Virus record (IMG/VR): IMGVR_UViG_3300007535_000176
Location: 1 to 61,660 of that record
Strand: one strand, 5' to 3'
Source of the DNA: a virus
Taxonomy: Duplodnaviria; Caudoviricetes
DNA: 61,660 nucleotides
Position numbers and translations under genes: made by a program. This document shows, in pieces, positions 10,692-20,494 of this stretch. Below the pieces are notes generated by a model. The model saw nothing but the letters and a program-made list of their open reading frames with translations, was not told the DNA's origin and ran no database searches. Position 1 is the first letter of the stretch. The number at the start of each line of letters is the position of its first letter.

Positions 10692-11220
10692 ATACCTTTA
10701 TCTATTTGGAACCCACAATCCATTTACAGCTGAACAATTAGCTAGATTTCCGATAATCGATAAAACAAGGGAACAAGACAATAATCTGATTGAAATTACA
10801 AACCGTATTGCCAAATACGAGTATACAGAATTTGATATGGTATGTGTAATTGATCCAGGCTGGGAAATTATTGGACAAAAACCAAATCGCAGTGTTGATT
10901 ACCAAAGGAAAATGTTTCGCAAGGCAGGATTAGAAAACAGTGTAAATGACGACACAGTTCTAGTATTACAGCATCTTTATCTTATGAGAAGGATGAGATC
11001 TGTATTGCCTCGTGATCAATTACACATACACAGTTATGAGACCTATCGTAAGGTAAACGATCGCAAGGATTTTTTAAAACCTCAGCAGGTTGTAGTGGAT
11101 TATTGTGCTGTGGAATTGAGAAAGACAATTGATACCAAGACTCTTGAACAATTAGACAGAGATTTAAGCATAAAATTAGGGATAATAGATGAAGACGCAA
11201 CTGATATCTCACGCCCGTAG
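10684..11220 (+). CDS. Hypothetical protein
   Basis: 178-aa ORF overlapping both neighbours; no motif recognised. Confidence 0.6.
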   Translation: MIEYLYLFGTHNPFTAEQLARFPIIDKTREQDNNLIEITNRIAKYEYTEFDMVCVIDPGWEIIGQKPNRSVDYQRKMFRKAGLENSVNDDTVLVLQHLYLMRRMRSVLPRDQLHIHSYETYRKVNDRKDFLKPQQVVVDYCAVELRKTIDTKTLEQLDRDLSIKLGIIDEDATDISRP

Positions 11221-11923
11221 CGGATCAACATATCTGTATGATGTCATTTATCATAGTATTTTGGCATCTAATCCACATACTTTTGTGTTTAATGAACCGT
11301 TCAATATGAGTCAGAGAAAATTGCGCGATTTGAGTGATGACGAAAAAGACTTTTTATTGCAGAGTCGATTAGAGAAACTGGTTAAATTGCCACATGTATA
11401 TCAAAAATCACACATACACCATTATAATTTTTTGAACACTAGACAAATGGAATATTACAAAACAAGTGAATGGTATAACATTTTCCTTTATAGACGGGAT
11501 CTATTTGAAAGCACCATGAGTCAGCTAATTAGTGACAAAACAAAGATGTGGATACGCTATGAAGAGTTGGATAGGCCTCCCCTTATTACATCTCGCGACT
11601 TTGCTCGTGTTCTTAAAGTGCAAATTGAAGCAAGAGAAGAATTATTCAATCTCAAATATTTTGTTCCAAATGAAATTGTAATCTATGAAGATCTTGTTTT
11701 TGTTAGAGAAACTGATTATGAATCCTTGGCCATCAGTGAGATAATTGGCCCATTCGTTAGTGGCAAAGAATTAGTTGAGCGAGCACCAGACAAAAAAGAG
11801 ATTGTATCTAATTATGATCAATTATTAGATCAGTATTATAAAACTGTCAAGGATATGACGTTTGAAAACTTTGAATTGGACGGCAGAATGATTACTGCAA
11901 CACGTCTAGAGGAGGCAATATGA
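11189..11923 (+). CDS. Sulfotransferase-like protein (Stf0-like P-loop fold)
   Basis: HARSGSTYL 5'-PSB loop; NEPF; RRDLFESTMS; YEDL. Confidence 0.72.
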   Translation: MKTQLISHARSGSTYLYDVIYHSILASNPHTFVFNEPFNMSQRKLRDLSDDEKDFLLQSRLEKLVKLPHVYQKSHIHHYNFLNTRQMEYYKTSEWYNIFLYRRDLFESTMSQLISDKTKMWIRYEELDRPPLITSRDFARVLKVQIEAREELFNLKYFVPNEIVIYEDLVFVRETDYESLAISEIIGPFVSGKELVERAPDKKEIVSNYDQLLDQYYKTVKDMTFENFELDGRMITATRLEEAI

Positions 11924-13410
11924 CCTATTGGGGTGTGAGCGCAATGAGCCATGATGCGGCTCTTGCTGTTTACCAAAATGACAAAATCGTGTATGCTAGT
12001 CATGGCGAACGTTACAGCAGAATCAAGAACGACCAAAATCTGCACGCCGAGCAAATCAGTGAGGCTTTGCAGTATGGTCGGCCCGAGCGTGTATTCTTCT
12101 ATGAAAATACAACAAAAAAGAAGACAAGGCAGGCGCGCTCGGGCCAATATCGTTTACTATTCAAAGAAAGCCCAAGCACATACATGAAAAAATTGGGTGT
12201 TGATGTGCCTGTTACTATGTTTGATCATCATTACAGCCATGCAGCTTATGGCTACTACTCATCTGGTCTTTACCAAGAAACATGTGACGTATTGGTAATT
12301 GATAGCATAGGTGAATTTGAAACCATTAGTGTGTGGCGCGGGCGCCATGGCAAGTTACACAAAGCATGGAGTCAAGATTATCCGCACAGTGTTGGACTGT
12401 GGTATAGTGCGATGACACAGCGTTTAGGACTTAAACCACAAGAGCATGAATATATTCTCATGGGAATGGCTGCACTGGGTGATCCAGGCCGCTTTTATCA
12501 AACAATACGAGACGATTTCTTTGAATGCTTGCCCGGCCACAACAACCCAGAGGTTCGCTTTCGTGAAAATCTACATCGTGGTTGTTTGTGGTGGCGCCGG
12601 GATTTAGTCAATGTCCAAGATTATGTCGACATCGCTGCCGCAGTCCAAAAAATATATGAAGAGATTTTTGTGGGTATACTCAGTTGGATGAGCAAGATTA
12701 CTGAAAGCGATCAGGTTGCTATTGTTGGTGGTTGTGCATTGAATTGCGTGGCCAATACTCTTGCATACAATTTTTACGAGCGTGTTTGGATACCACCCAA
12801 TCCAGGAGATGCTGGCAGCAGCATTGGCGCCATCATGGCCGCCCTGGAAAAGCCAGTGGTTGTTCATGACGCATATTTAGGGACAGAAATAAATGGAGAA
12901 TATCCTTTCCAAGATGTATTACAGGACCTGGAAGGGCGGGGCATTAGCGCAGTGGCATCGGGTCCAGCTGAATTCGGCCCTCGCGCTTTGGGACATAGAA
13001 GTATCCTCGCCGATCCCAGACTATTGGGAATCAAAGATCAAGTTAATAAGATCAAACAGCGTGAAGAGTTTCGGCCATTTGCGCCGATGATATTGCGGGA
13101 ACATGCCGCACGATATTTTCACTTACCACGGACTGACTTTGACGCACCTTACATGCAATATGCCATACCGTGTATATCTCCACAATTGTATCCTGGTATC
13201 ACTCACATTGACGGCACAAGCCGTGTTCAAACAGTTGATCGTTGCCATGGCAATGTGCGCACTCTACTAGAACGTTGGTATGAACGCACTGGTTGTCCCA
13301 TGCTACTCAACACCAGTCTCAACATCAAAGGTGAGCCACTGGTAAATACACGTGAGGATGCAGAACGTTGGAGTGTAGTCCACGGTCTAGCAGTGAGGAC
13401 AGCCAAATGA
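11920..13410 (+). CDS. O-carbamoyltransferase, NodU/CmcH/TobZ family
   Basis: HDAA, ERYSRIK, HHYSHA, GGCALN, GDAGSSIGA, EFGPRALGHRSILADP, RPFAP, HIDGTSRVQ, LLNTSLN. Confidence 0.95.
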   Translation: MTYWGVSAMSHDAALAVYQNDKIVYASHGERYSRIKNDQNLHAEQISEALQYGRPERVFFYENTTKKKTRQARSGQYRLLFKESPSTYMKKLGVDVPVTMFDHHYSHAAYGYYSSGLYQETCDVLVIDSIGEFETISVWRGRHGKLHKAWSQDYPHSVGLWYSAMTQRLGLKPQEHEYILMGMAALGDPGRFYQTIRDDFFECLPGHNNPEVRFRENLHRGCLWWRRDLVNVQDYVDIAAAVQKIYEEIFVGILSWMSKITESDQVAIVGGCALNCVANTLAYNFYERVWIPPNPGDAGSSIGAIMAALEKPVVVHDAYLGTEINGEYPFQDVLQDLEGRGISAVASGPAEFGPRALGHRSILADPRLLGIKDQVNKIKQREEFRPFAPMILREHAARYFHLPRTDFDAPYMQYAIPCISPQLYPGITHIDGTSRVQTVDRCHGNVRTLLERWYERTGCPMLLNTSLNIKGEPLVNTREDAERWSVVHGLAVRTAK

Positions 13411-13511
13411 TCAAATGGGTTAAAGAACGTATTCAGAAATGGCGCAAAAGACGTGAGCGCAAGCGCAAGCTCAAAGAGCTAGCGGAAAAGGATCCGTTTA
13501 TCTACGATTAA
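13407..13511 (+). CDS. 34-aa basic peptide MIKWVKERIQKWRKRRERKRKLKELAEKDPFIYD (KDPFIY family, copy 2)
   Basis: Hand-translated; ATGA overlap with the carbamoyltransferase stop; fills the gap to the next gene. Confidence 0.82.
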   Translation: MIKWVKERIQKWRKRRERKRKLKELAEKDPFIYD

Positions 13512-13512
13512 A

Positions 13513-14262
13513 ATGCATCAAGATATTCATATCGTTAGTTTAGCGCGAAGTGGATCAAACTATCTACATGAAATCGTGTGTAAGGGATTGGATAGGTCTT
13601 GGAATCTTGATCCATATTATGAATTTACTATTGAACCATTCAATATTGATAAATTAAGAACAGAAATACCTAATTTAAGAAGTTTACTTACCAGAAGAGC
13701 TTGTTTTGTTGGTGACACAATAAATGTTATTGTAAAAAACCATTACTATGAATTAGAATATCTGAATAATTATTCACAAACATTGTATCAACGTGCCTAC
13801 CAAAAATCTTTTTATCGTGTTTTGTTACTAAGACGAAATTTATGGCATTCATCAATGAGTTTAAGCATAAGTTTAGCTAAGGGCGAATGGTCACAATACA
13901 CATCTAGTCAGGTAACGATCGATCCTCGATTGTTTAGGCAGTCTATCAATTATTACATCATGCATCTAAAAGATATACAACAAAATCGTTTAGGGTTAGA
14001 CTACAATAAAATAGTTTATTATGAAGATTTGAGTTTTGATCATGTTCAAGATCTTGAGCTTATAGGGTTGAACTGTAAAAACAAGATCACTAGCATGACC
14101 ACAAAGAAGTCATATAATAAAAAGATGATTGTTGAGAACTATGATGAACTCAAATATGTGTTTAATGAGGTAATTAAGGATATCGGACCGAACTTGCCCT
14201 TTGATTTTTATGACGGAAAGATGATATCGATTGACATACATGATCAACACAGCTATACTTAA
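13513..14262 (+). CDS. Sulfotransferase-like protein (Stf0-like)
   Basis: LARSGSNYL; EPF; RRNLWHSSMS; YYEDL; paralogue of 11189-11923. Confidence 0.72.
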   Translation: MHQDIHIVSLARSGSNYLHEIVCKGLDRSWNLDPYYEFTIEPFNIDKLRTEIPNLRSLLTRRACFVGDTINVIVKNHYYELEYLNNYSQTLYQRAYQKSFYRVLLLRRNLWHSSMSLSISLAKGEWSQYTSSQVTIDPRLFRQSINYYIMHLKDIQQNRLGLDYNKIVYYEDLSFDHVQDLELIGLNCKNKITSMTTKKSYNKKMIVENYDELKYVFNEVIKDIGPNLPFDFYDGKMISIDIHDQHSYT

Positions 14263-14277
14263 ACTAAAGGAGTTCAC

Positions 14278-14985
14278 GTGCTCGACGTATTTTTTCTGAG
14301 CTATGATGAGCCGTTTGCTGATGAAAACTACGAAATACTCAAGATGTTTGCGCCCCGTGCCAAGAGGGTGCATGGAATTCGAGGCATATTTGAGGCACAC
14401 CAAGAGTGTGCCCGCCAAAGCAAAACCAGTCATTTCTACGTTATCGACGCCGACGCTGTCATAGAAGAAGAGTTCAGCTTTCGCTTCACACCCAGTTCAG
14501 ATCGTTTTGTTTATGAAACGGTTCCTGAGACTGAGTGTGTTTTCGTGTGGCGATCTCGAAATCCTGTCAATGATCTTATCTATGGTTATGGAGCAGCCAA
14601 ACTCTTCCCCAAGAACAAGCTTTTGGAAGCAGAACACTGGAACGTGGATATGACTACAACAATTGGAGCACCGTTTGTACCAAAATACCAAATCAGCAAC
14701 GTTACCGCGTTTAACACAGATCCTTTTAATGCCTGGAAAAGTAGTTTCCGAGAGTGCACTAAACTTGCTAGCAGTATTATCCCGAATGGAGATAACACTG
14801 ACAACGAATACAGGCTCAATGTCTGGTGTAACCGTGGTGCCCGCCGGCCCTTTGGTGAAATGGCTATTAGGGGCGCCCGCCAAGGCCGTGATTTCGGTCA
14901 ACGATATCGTGATCGTCCAGACATCCTTGCTAAGATCAACGATTTTGGATGGTTGAGGGAGGTATTTGCAACCCATGCTCATTAA
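14278..14985 (+). CDS. Glycosyltransferase-like protein (GT-A fold)
   Basis: DVFFLSYDEP, AH...A, FYVIDAD (DxD), YGYG; AAGGAG SD before the GTG. Confidence 0.62.
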   Translation: MLDVFFLSYDEPFADENYEILKMFAPRAKRVHGIRGIFEAHQECARQSKTSHFYVIDADAVIEEEFSFRFTPSSDRFVYETVPETECVFVWRSRNPVNDLIYGYGAAKLFPKNKLLEAEHWNVDMTTTIGAPFVPKYQISNVTAFNTDPFNAWKSSFRECTKLASSIIPNGDNTDNEYRLNVWCNRGARRPFGEMAIRGARQGRDFGQRYRDRPDILAKINDFGWLREVFATHAH

Positions 14986-16018
14986 AAGTGAATTACTAGA
15001 CAGGATGGAGATTCTCTATCCTTATAAGCCTGTATTTGGAGATCTTCGTAGAGCTTACATTGATAGAGATCTTAGCAGCATGTTCCGCGTATTTGAAGAA
15101 ATATGGCAAGTGTCGTTTGATGATGTGAGGCGGACGGTAATGGAGAAGGATCTTCACAGCTTATTTCGACTCTGGGAACAATACCCACACATTCGTGACG
15201 ACCTTCGCAAGGCAACCCTTGAAGACAATCTGTGGAGTTTATTCCGCCTGTTCGATCCCGATGAACCAAATGTAGTTGATGATCTTCATCTGGAAGAGGA
15301 AGGATTTGATCCTCGAGACTTCAAAAAGTTTGTAATGGATGATAATACATGGAGCATGTATAGAATGATGCTGCACATACAAGATACTCAAATTGTGCGC
15401 ACAGTCAAAAGCTTTCATGCTAAAGGTATTCGTTTTGAGAAGGACAGTCTCAGTCGCGGCCAATTACAAAGCAAGATGTGGCTTATACAAGAGCTCAAGA
15501 GATTGGACTTGGATTTAGGCACTGTTTTTCTTTGTGCTGGGTGGTATGGCATACTAGCAGTTTTGATGTTCGAACACGAGTTAAATATTGATAAGATTCG
15601 CAGCTTTGATCTTGATCCAGAGGTGGCCGACATAGCAGACAAATTTAATCTTCCCTGGCTAGTGCAAGAATGGAAATTCAAGGCATCAACATGTGATATA
15701 CACGACATTGATTGGCCAGATTTTCATTATGACGTTGTCCGCAGCGATGGATCTCAAGTTACCCTGCGTGACCGCGCCAATACTGTGATTAACACCAGCT
15801 GCGAGCATATTGAACAGTTTGAAGATTGGTATCAGGGTATTCCAACAGGAACACTGGTTATATTACAAAGTAATGATTACGACGTTGTTCCAGAACACGT
15901 AAATACTGTTCCTGATCTACATGCTTTTGAACAACAAACGCCTATGAGTGAAGTTCTTTATAACGGTGAATTAAACCTGGGCCATTATAATCGTTTCATG
16001 CGTATTGGATATAAATGA
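14975..16018 (+). CDS. Class I SAM-dependent methyltransferase-like protein with N-terminal repeats
   Basis: VFLCAGWYG motif I, RSFDLDP, DI, VINTSCEH; four ~19-aa repeats at the N-terminus. Confidence 0.7.
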   Translation: MLIKSELLDRMEILYPYKPVFGDLRRAYIDRDLSSMFRVFEEIWQVSFDDVRRTVMEKDLHSLFRLWEQYPHIRDDLRKATLEDNLWSLFRLFDPDEPNVVDDLHLEEEGFDPRDFKKFVMDDNTWSMYRMMLHIQDTQIVRTVKSFHAKGIRFEKDSLSRGQLQSKMWLIQELKRLDLDLGTVFLCAGWYGILAVLMFEHELNIDKIRSFDLDPEVADIADKFNLPWLVQEWKFKASTCDIHDIDWPDFHYDVVRSDGSQVTLRDRANTVINTSCEHIEQFEDWYQGIPTGTLVILQSNDYDVVPEHVNTVPDLHAFEQQTPMSEVLYNGELNLGHYNRFMRIGYK

Positions 16019-16242
16019 GAGATCTAGACAAAATACCATTGAGAGAATTACAAACATTGAGCGCACGAGCACTCAGCGTGATGTCTGCTACCAATAATAA
16101 TATCTGGCAATTCAACCGCCAGGCACACCACAACAGCCAGAACTGGTATCGTGCCGTGATACGTTGGTATATAGAACAATACGGCGGGTGGCCTGATGAA
16201 GTAGGTCCAGGCTGTGAAGTAAGGCTAATACAAGATGACTGA
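16015..16242 (+). CDS. Hypothetical 75-aa protein
   Basis: ATGA-coupled to the methyltransferase; Trp/Asn/His-rich. Confidence 0.7.
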   Translation: MRDLDKIPLRELQTLSARALSVMSATNNNIWQFNRQAHHNSQNWYRAVIRWYIEQYGGWPDEVGPGCEVRLIQDD

Positions 16243-16804
16243 ACCCAAAAAGAAACAACTAAAAACCAAACAAGGCGAAGTCCATGTTGAAGAAGATTAT
16301 GTAACCAAAAAACTATCCAAACCCAAGCCTTGGTTAACTCCAACTTGGCTTGAGTATTATAAAGATCTCAGTGACGCTAATCCAGATCTTATCAAAGTTT
16401 ATGAGATAATAGATCAACAAACCTATAGAATGGAACGTATTGATATTATCAATAATTTAGAAGTCATACTTAAAGAGCCAGAATACTATACCATACTTAA
16501 TAAACAAATCATAAGTGAAGTCATTCGTGTGATTAATGAAAGTTGGGTGCAAGCGATCAAATATAGTAATCGCTTTCCTGAACTGCATAAGTATTATGTC
16601 AATACAGACCTTACTCTGGACAATTTGGTTTTGACTACAGATTACAAGGTTAGAGTTGTAGATCCTGAAAGCTATAATTTTGTCGATAATCTTGATTACA
16701 CAGAAAAGTATTATCTTAATCAAGTCAATCTCATGTATAAATTGCAGAAGTATTTCTACACTGTGATCGATCGCAATCACATGGGTCCAATATTTCCACA
16801 ATGA
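16235..16804 (+). CDS. Protein-kinase-like fold protein (possible small-molecule or sugar kinase)
   Basis: VTKK, YRMERI, catalytic-loop-like TDLTLDNL and metal-binding VVDP. Confidence 0.55.
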   Translation: MTEPKKKQLKTKQGEVHVEEDYVTKKLSKPKPWLTPTWLEYYKDLSDANPDLIKVYEIIDQQTYRMERIDIINNLEVILKEPEYYTILNKQIISEVIRVINESWVQAIKYSNRFPELHKYYVNTDLTLDNLVLTTDYKVRVVDPESYNFVDNLDYTEKYYLNQVNLMYKLQKYFYTVIDRNHMGPIFPQ

Positions 16805-16816
16805 TTGAGTATTTGA

Positions 16817-17899
16817 ATGTATAGTTATCAAGACGTTCGCGTCGTGCACCTTGAAATAACACAACGCTGTCAAGCAGCCTGTCCTATGTGTGACCGTAAT
16901 GAAAATGGCGGGGCTGACAACATGCATCTGACAAATGCAGAGCTCAGTCTCCAAGATTGTCAGCATATTTTTCAACCAGAGTTTATACGACAACTTGACA
17001 CCATGTATATGTGTGGTAACTTGGGTGATCCGATTGTTGCACGTGATACCTTGGAAGTGTTTCGTTATTTTCGCAAACATAACCCAGATATGTGGTTAAG
17101 TATGAATACAAATGCAGGAGCAAAAAATGAAGCCTGGTGGCAAGAATTGGCAAGAATCCTCGGCAAGAATGCTGCGGTTATCTTTAGTGTTGATGGTCTT
17201 AGGGACACTAATCATCTTTATAGACAAAACGTGGTCTGGGATAAAATTGAACGAAATATGCGCGCCTTTATCGCAGCCGGTGGTCGAGCACGTTGGGATT
17301 TTATTGTGTTTGGACACAACGAGCACCAAATAGACGAGGCCCGTGACCTAGCTGAAAGTTGGGGTGTTGAAAGATTCCAACTCAAGAAGTCAGGCCGTTT
17401 CTTCACTGCCGACAGCAAGCAAAAAGACGAGCATCAAGCACAGAATCGCAAGGGTGAGAAAACAGCCACAATACGCAAGCCCGAACAACTCGAGCATCAA
17501 AACCTTGCCTTGCAAAAACAGAAACAGATTGAAAAGTCTTATGGAGGCATGAAAGAATATTATGACAATTGCCGGGTGGAATGCAAAGTGGCAAAAGAGC
17601 GCAACATTTTCATCACAGCAGAAGGATTGTTAATGCCATGCTGTTGGACTGCGGGCCGCATGTATAAATGGTGGCACAAAGATCCACGCATTGAACAGAT
17701 ATGGGACTTTATTGACCGTGCTGGCGGCAAGCAGGGTATCAGTGTGCTGGAAAACAGCCTACAGAGTGTCATGGAAGGGCCATTGCTAGGTGATATTCAA
17801 GCCAGCTGGACAAAAAATAGTATTGAAGAAGGCAAGCTTGGTGTGTGCGCAATGAAATGCGGCGCAGAGTTTGACCCATTTGGAGAGCAATTTAAATGA
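16817..17899 (+). CDS. Radical SAM protein with C-terminal SPASM/twitch-like domain (rSAM 7)
   Basis: CQAACPMC; CGNLGDP; FSVDG; C...MPCC...CAMKC; paralogue of rSAM 2. Confidence 0.93.
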   Translation: MYSYQDVRVVHLEITQRCQAACPMCDRNENGGADNMHLTNAELSLQDCQHIFQPEFIRQLDTMYMCGNLGDPIVARDTLEVFRYFRKHNPDMWLSMNTNAGAKNEAWWQELARILGKNAAVIFSVDGLRDTNHLYRQNVVWDKIERNMRAFIAAGGRARWDFIVFGHNEHQIDEARDLAESWGVERFQLKKSGRFFTADSKQKDEHQAQNRKGEKTATIRKPEQLEHQNLALQKQKQIEKSYGGMKEYYDNCRVECKVAKERNIFITAEGLLMPCCWTAGRMYKWWHKDPRIEQIWDFIDRAGGKQGISVLENSLQSVMEGPLLGDIQASWTKNSIEEGKLGVCAMKCGAEFDPFGEQFK

Positions 17900-18453
17900 A
17901 CATCTTAAGATTAACCCCCAATACATTTAGTGAACCATTTAAGTTCAGTTTTTTTCATGACGTTATACCTTCAGATATATTTGAGAGGTGTCGACAAGAA
18001 GCTCAACGCTATCCATATTTTCGTGTTGAAAAAACTAGAACTAGTAACCCCAATCGAATCTGGGCTAGTCAAAATCCTGGGTGGCTTAGTGCTATTGGAA
18101 TGGAATTTGATAGTGTTGAAGTGAAACGAGAAATCGCGTATGCCTTAGAGACACCGAGATCTTTTGTAAAAATGGGAACAAGAGTTGAACTGTGTATGGA
18201 CAGCGTGAGTAGTTGGTTAGAACCCCACCAGGATGATCCAGCCAAAGCAATGACTCTGCAGTTATATCTAGATGGAAATGGAATTAGCACCTCGCTGGGT
18301 GATATAAGCACAGACGTTAAGCCAAATATGGCTTGGGCATTTGATAATCAAAACACACCTGTCCACAGTTTGCCTCCTCTCAAATATAACCGTGTGAGCA
18401 TAATTGTCAATTATGTAGATGATTCATGGAGAGATCGATCAGTTCTAATGTAA
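17896..18453 (+). CDS. 2OG-Fe(II) dioxygenase (prolyl-hydroxylase-like)
   Basis: PHQD (HxD), LQLYL, distal H, RxS. Confidence 0.7.
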   Translation: MNILRLTPNTFSEPFKFSFFHDVIPSDIFERCRQEAQRYPYFRVEKTRTSNPNRIWASQNPGWLSAIGMEFDSVEVKREIAYALETPRSFVKMGTRVELCMDSVSSWLEPHQDDPAKAMTLQLYLDGNGISTSLGDISTDVKPNMAWAFDNQNTPVHSLPPLKYNRVSIIVNYVDDSWRDRSVLM

Positions 18454-19409
18454 AGCGACTTTACTTTAAGCGCAGTAACATGTATATTGATTGGCAACTC
18501 AGTGATGTTTGTAATTTTCACTGTGTATATTGTAATGAGCAAAGCATGGGCGGCCAGCAAGGCTGGCCCACTCGTGATCAAGCCACGACCCTAGTTGATG
18601 AAATCATCAATCACAGTGAGCATGAAATCCGCACCTATAATCTGTTGGGAGGCGAACCCACATTGTGGCGTCATTTTGGCGATCTTTGCACATACATAAA
18701 AGAGCATGATCCCAACAGCATCATACAAGTGCTAACAAATGGCAGCCGCACCACACGATGGTGGGAGAAATATGCACCCTACATGGATAAAGTGATCGTC
18801 AGTCATCATGCTCATACCAGTTCAGCACAGCATGTGGTGGATGTGGTTGAGATTTGCCAGCCTTACAATGCAGCAAGCATTCAAGTTCTTGTGGATCAGC
18901 CAAATTTTGATCAATGTCGTGCTGACTTTGATTTATTTTTGGAGAAACTGCCTGGAGTAAACATTAGTGCCAAGAAGGGCGAAACATTTTTGGGCAGTGG
19001 CAAATGGATGCCATATACTGATGAACAGCTTGACTGGCTTGCTGGCACTCTAGAGCAGACACGAGCTAACAATCAGCGTGAACCACGCGTCAGTCGCCCA
19101 GACAGCCGCCGTGTGTGGGACCGACGCCTCTATGCTAGTGATGGAGAAACAGAATGGCAGACCAGCAATAAGCAATTGATCATCAACGACCAGAATCATT
19201 TTCGTGGCTGGCATTGTAATATAGGCCGTGACATGCTCAGTGTCAAGCCCAATGGTGATCTTGCTCCCAGCAGTGCCTGCTTCAAGGAGGAACGCCTGGG
19301 CAATTATCGTGACGGCACAGGAATAACCTGGCCTCAACGTGCTTATGTGTGTGTCTATGAGGGCTGTTATTGCGGTGCTGATTTGGAAATAGAGAAACGT
19401 GCACCATGA
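18426..19409 (+). CDS. Radical SAM protein with C-terminal Cys-rich domain (rSAM 8)
   Basis: CNFHCVYC; LGGEPT; WHCNIG...C...CVYEGCYC. Confidence 0.92.
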   Translation: MERSISSNVKRLYFKRSNMYIDWQLSDVCNFHCVYCNEQSMGGQQGWPTRDQATTLVDEIINHSEHEIRTYNLLGGEPTLWRHFGDLCTYIKEHDPNSIIQVLTNGSRTTRWWEKYAPYMDKVIVSHHAHTSSAQHVVDVVEICQPYNAASIQVLVDQPNFDQCRADFDLFLEKLPGVNISAKKGETFLGSGKWMPYTDEQLDWLAGTLEQTRANNQREPRVSRPDSRRVWDRRLYASDGETEWQTSNKQLIINDQNHFRGWHCNIGRDMLSVKPNGDLAPSSACFKEERLGNYRDGTGITWPQRAYVCVYEGCYCGADLEIEKRAP

Positions 19410-20494
19410 AATGTTTTGCCACAACCAATAGTCTTCAAATAACTCCGACTGGCCAGGTCCAGCCTTGTTGTAAATTCAAGCAAGCATTCGGTGGCATGGA
19501 AAAGCTTGATGATTATTTTGCATTGCCAGAGCTGGTTGAGTTACAGCAACGTCACCACCAAGGAGACTATACCAAGAACTGTAACAGTTGCCTGATCAAT
19601 GAACAAAACGGCAGGCAGAGTCGCCGACAAATGTATGAGCGTATTGGTTTGGGTGCGACAGATTTCTTTCTTGATGTTAGCATGGGAAACTATTGCAACC
19701 TTGCGTGTCGTATGTGTGGCCCAGAAAATTCTACCAAATGGCAAAAGCCTCATTCATTTTTGGTCAATCATGGTCTTGAAAGGGCTCAAAATTATAAACA
19801 CCACATGCTCGATAAAACAGACATATCAAATATTGTTGACATATTGCGAGCGCAAACCGGCAGGGTAATTATTGAGATCAAGGGCGGCGAACCTTTTATA
19901 ATGCCAATTAGCCAGGAGTTCTTTACGGCGCTCGCAACTTGTGCCAACAGCTTCAATTTTGAAATTTGGATGACCAGCAATCTCACTGTAGTTCCAGATT
20001 GGTGGTATGATCTTAGTAAAGAGTTTGGTGTAGTGGAATTCAATACAAGCATTGATGGACTAGGGCATTTTTACAAATATATTCGTGACGAAAACCAGTC
20101 CAGTGAAAATCTTTTTATGAACATTCTTGAATTACAACAATTAAATAATCATCGAATCAGATTTAATATTGTTGTGCAAAATCTCAATATGAACAATCTA
20201 GCAGATTTGTATGATAGGTGTTATTTTTTCGTTGGAAATGAAAAAGACATCACTCTTATACCCCTGCAAGATCCAGCTTATTATCGTCCAAATATATTTC
20301 CAGACAATCAAAAAGCAGCGGTATTGGATGATTTAGAGCAAAGCGAGATTGTCAATAATCGAGAATTTTTGGGAATTGTGAATTACTTCTCACAGCCATG
20401 TGATCCTGAATTATGGGAACGGTTCATCAACATCAGCAGTGCACTGGATAAACATAGAGGGCAGAGCTTATGTTCCGTGATGAATGTGACCTAG
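19406..20494 (+). CDS. Radical SAM protein with N-terminal twitch domain (rSAM 9)
   Basis: CFA...QPCC...CNSC; CNLACRMC; GGEPF; SIDG. Confidence 0.92.
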   Translation: MKCFATTNSLQITPTGQVQPCCKFKQAFGGMEKLDDYFALPELVELQQRHHQGDYTKNCNSCLINEQNGRQSRRQMYERIGLGATDFFLDVSMGNYCNLACRMCGPENSTKWQKPHSFLVNHGLERAQNYKHHMLDKTDISNIVDILRAQTGRVIIEIKGGEPFIMPISQEFFTALATCANSFNFEIWMTSNLTVVPDWWYDLSKEFGVVEFNTSIDGLGHFYKYIRDENQSSENLFMNILELQQLNNHRIRFNIVVQNLNMNNLADLYDRCYFFVGNEKDITLIPLQDPAYYRPNIFPDNQKAAVLDDLEQSEIVNNREFLGIVNYFSQPCDPELWERFINISSALDKHRGQSLCSVMNVT

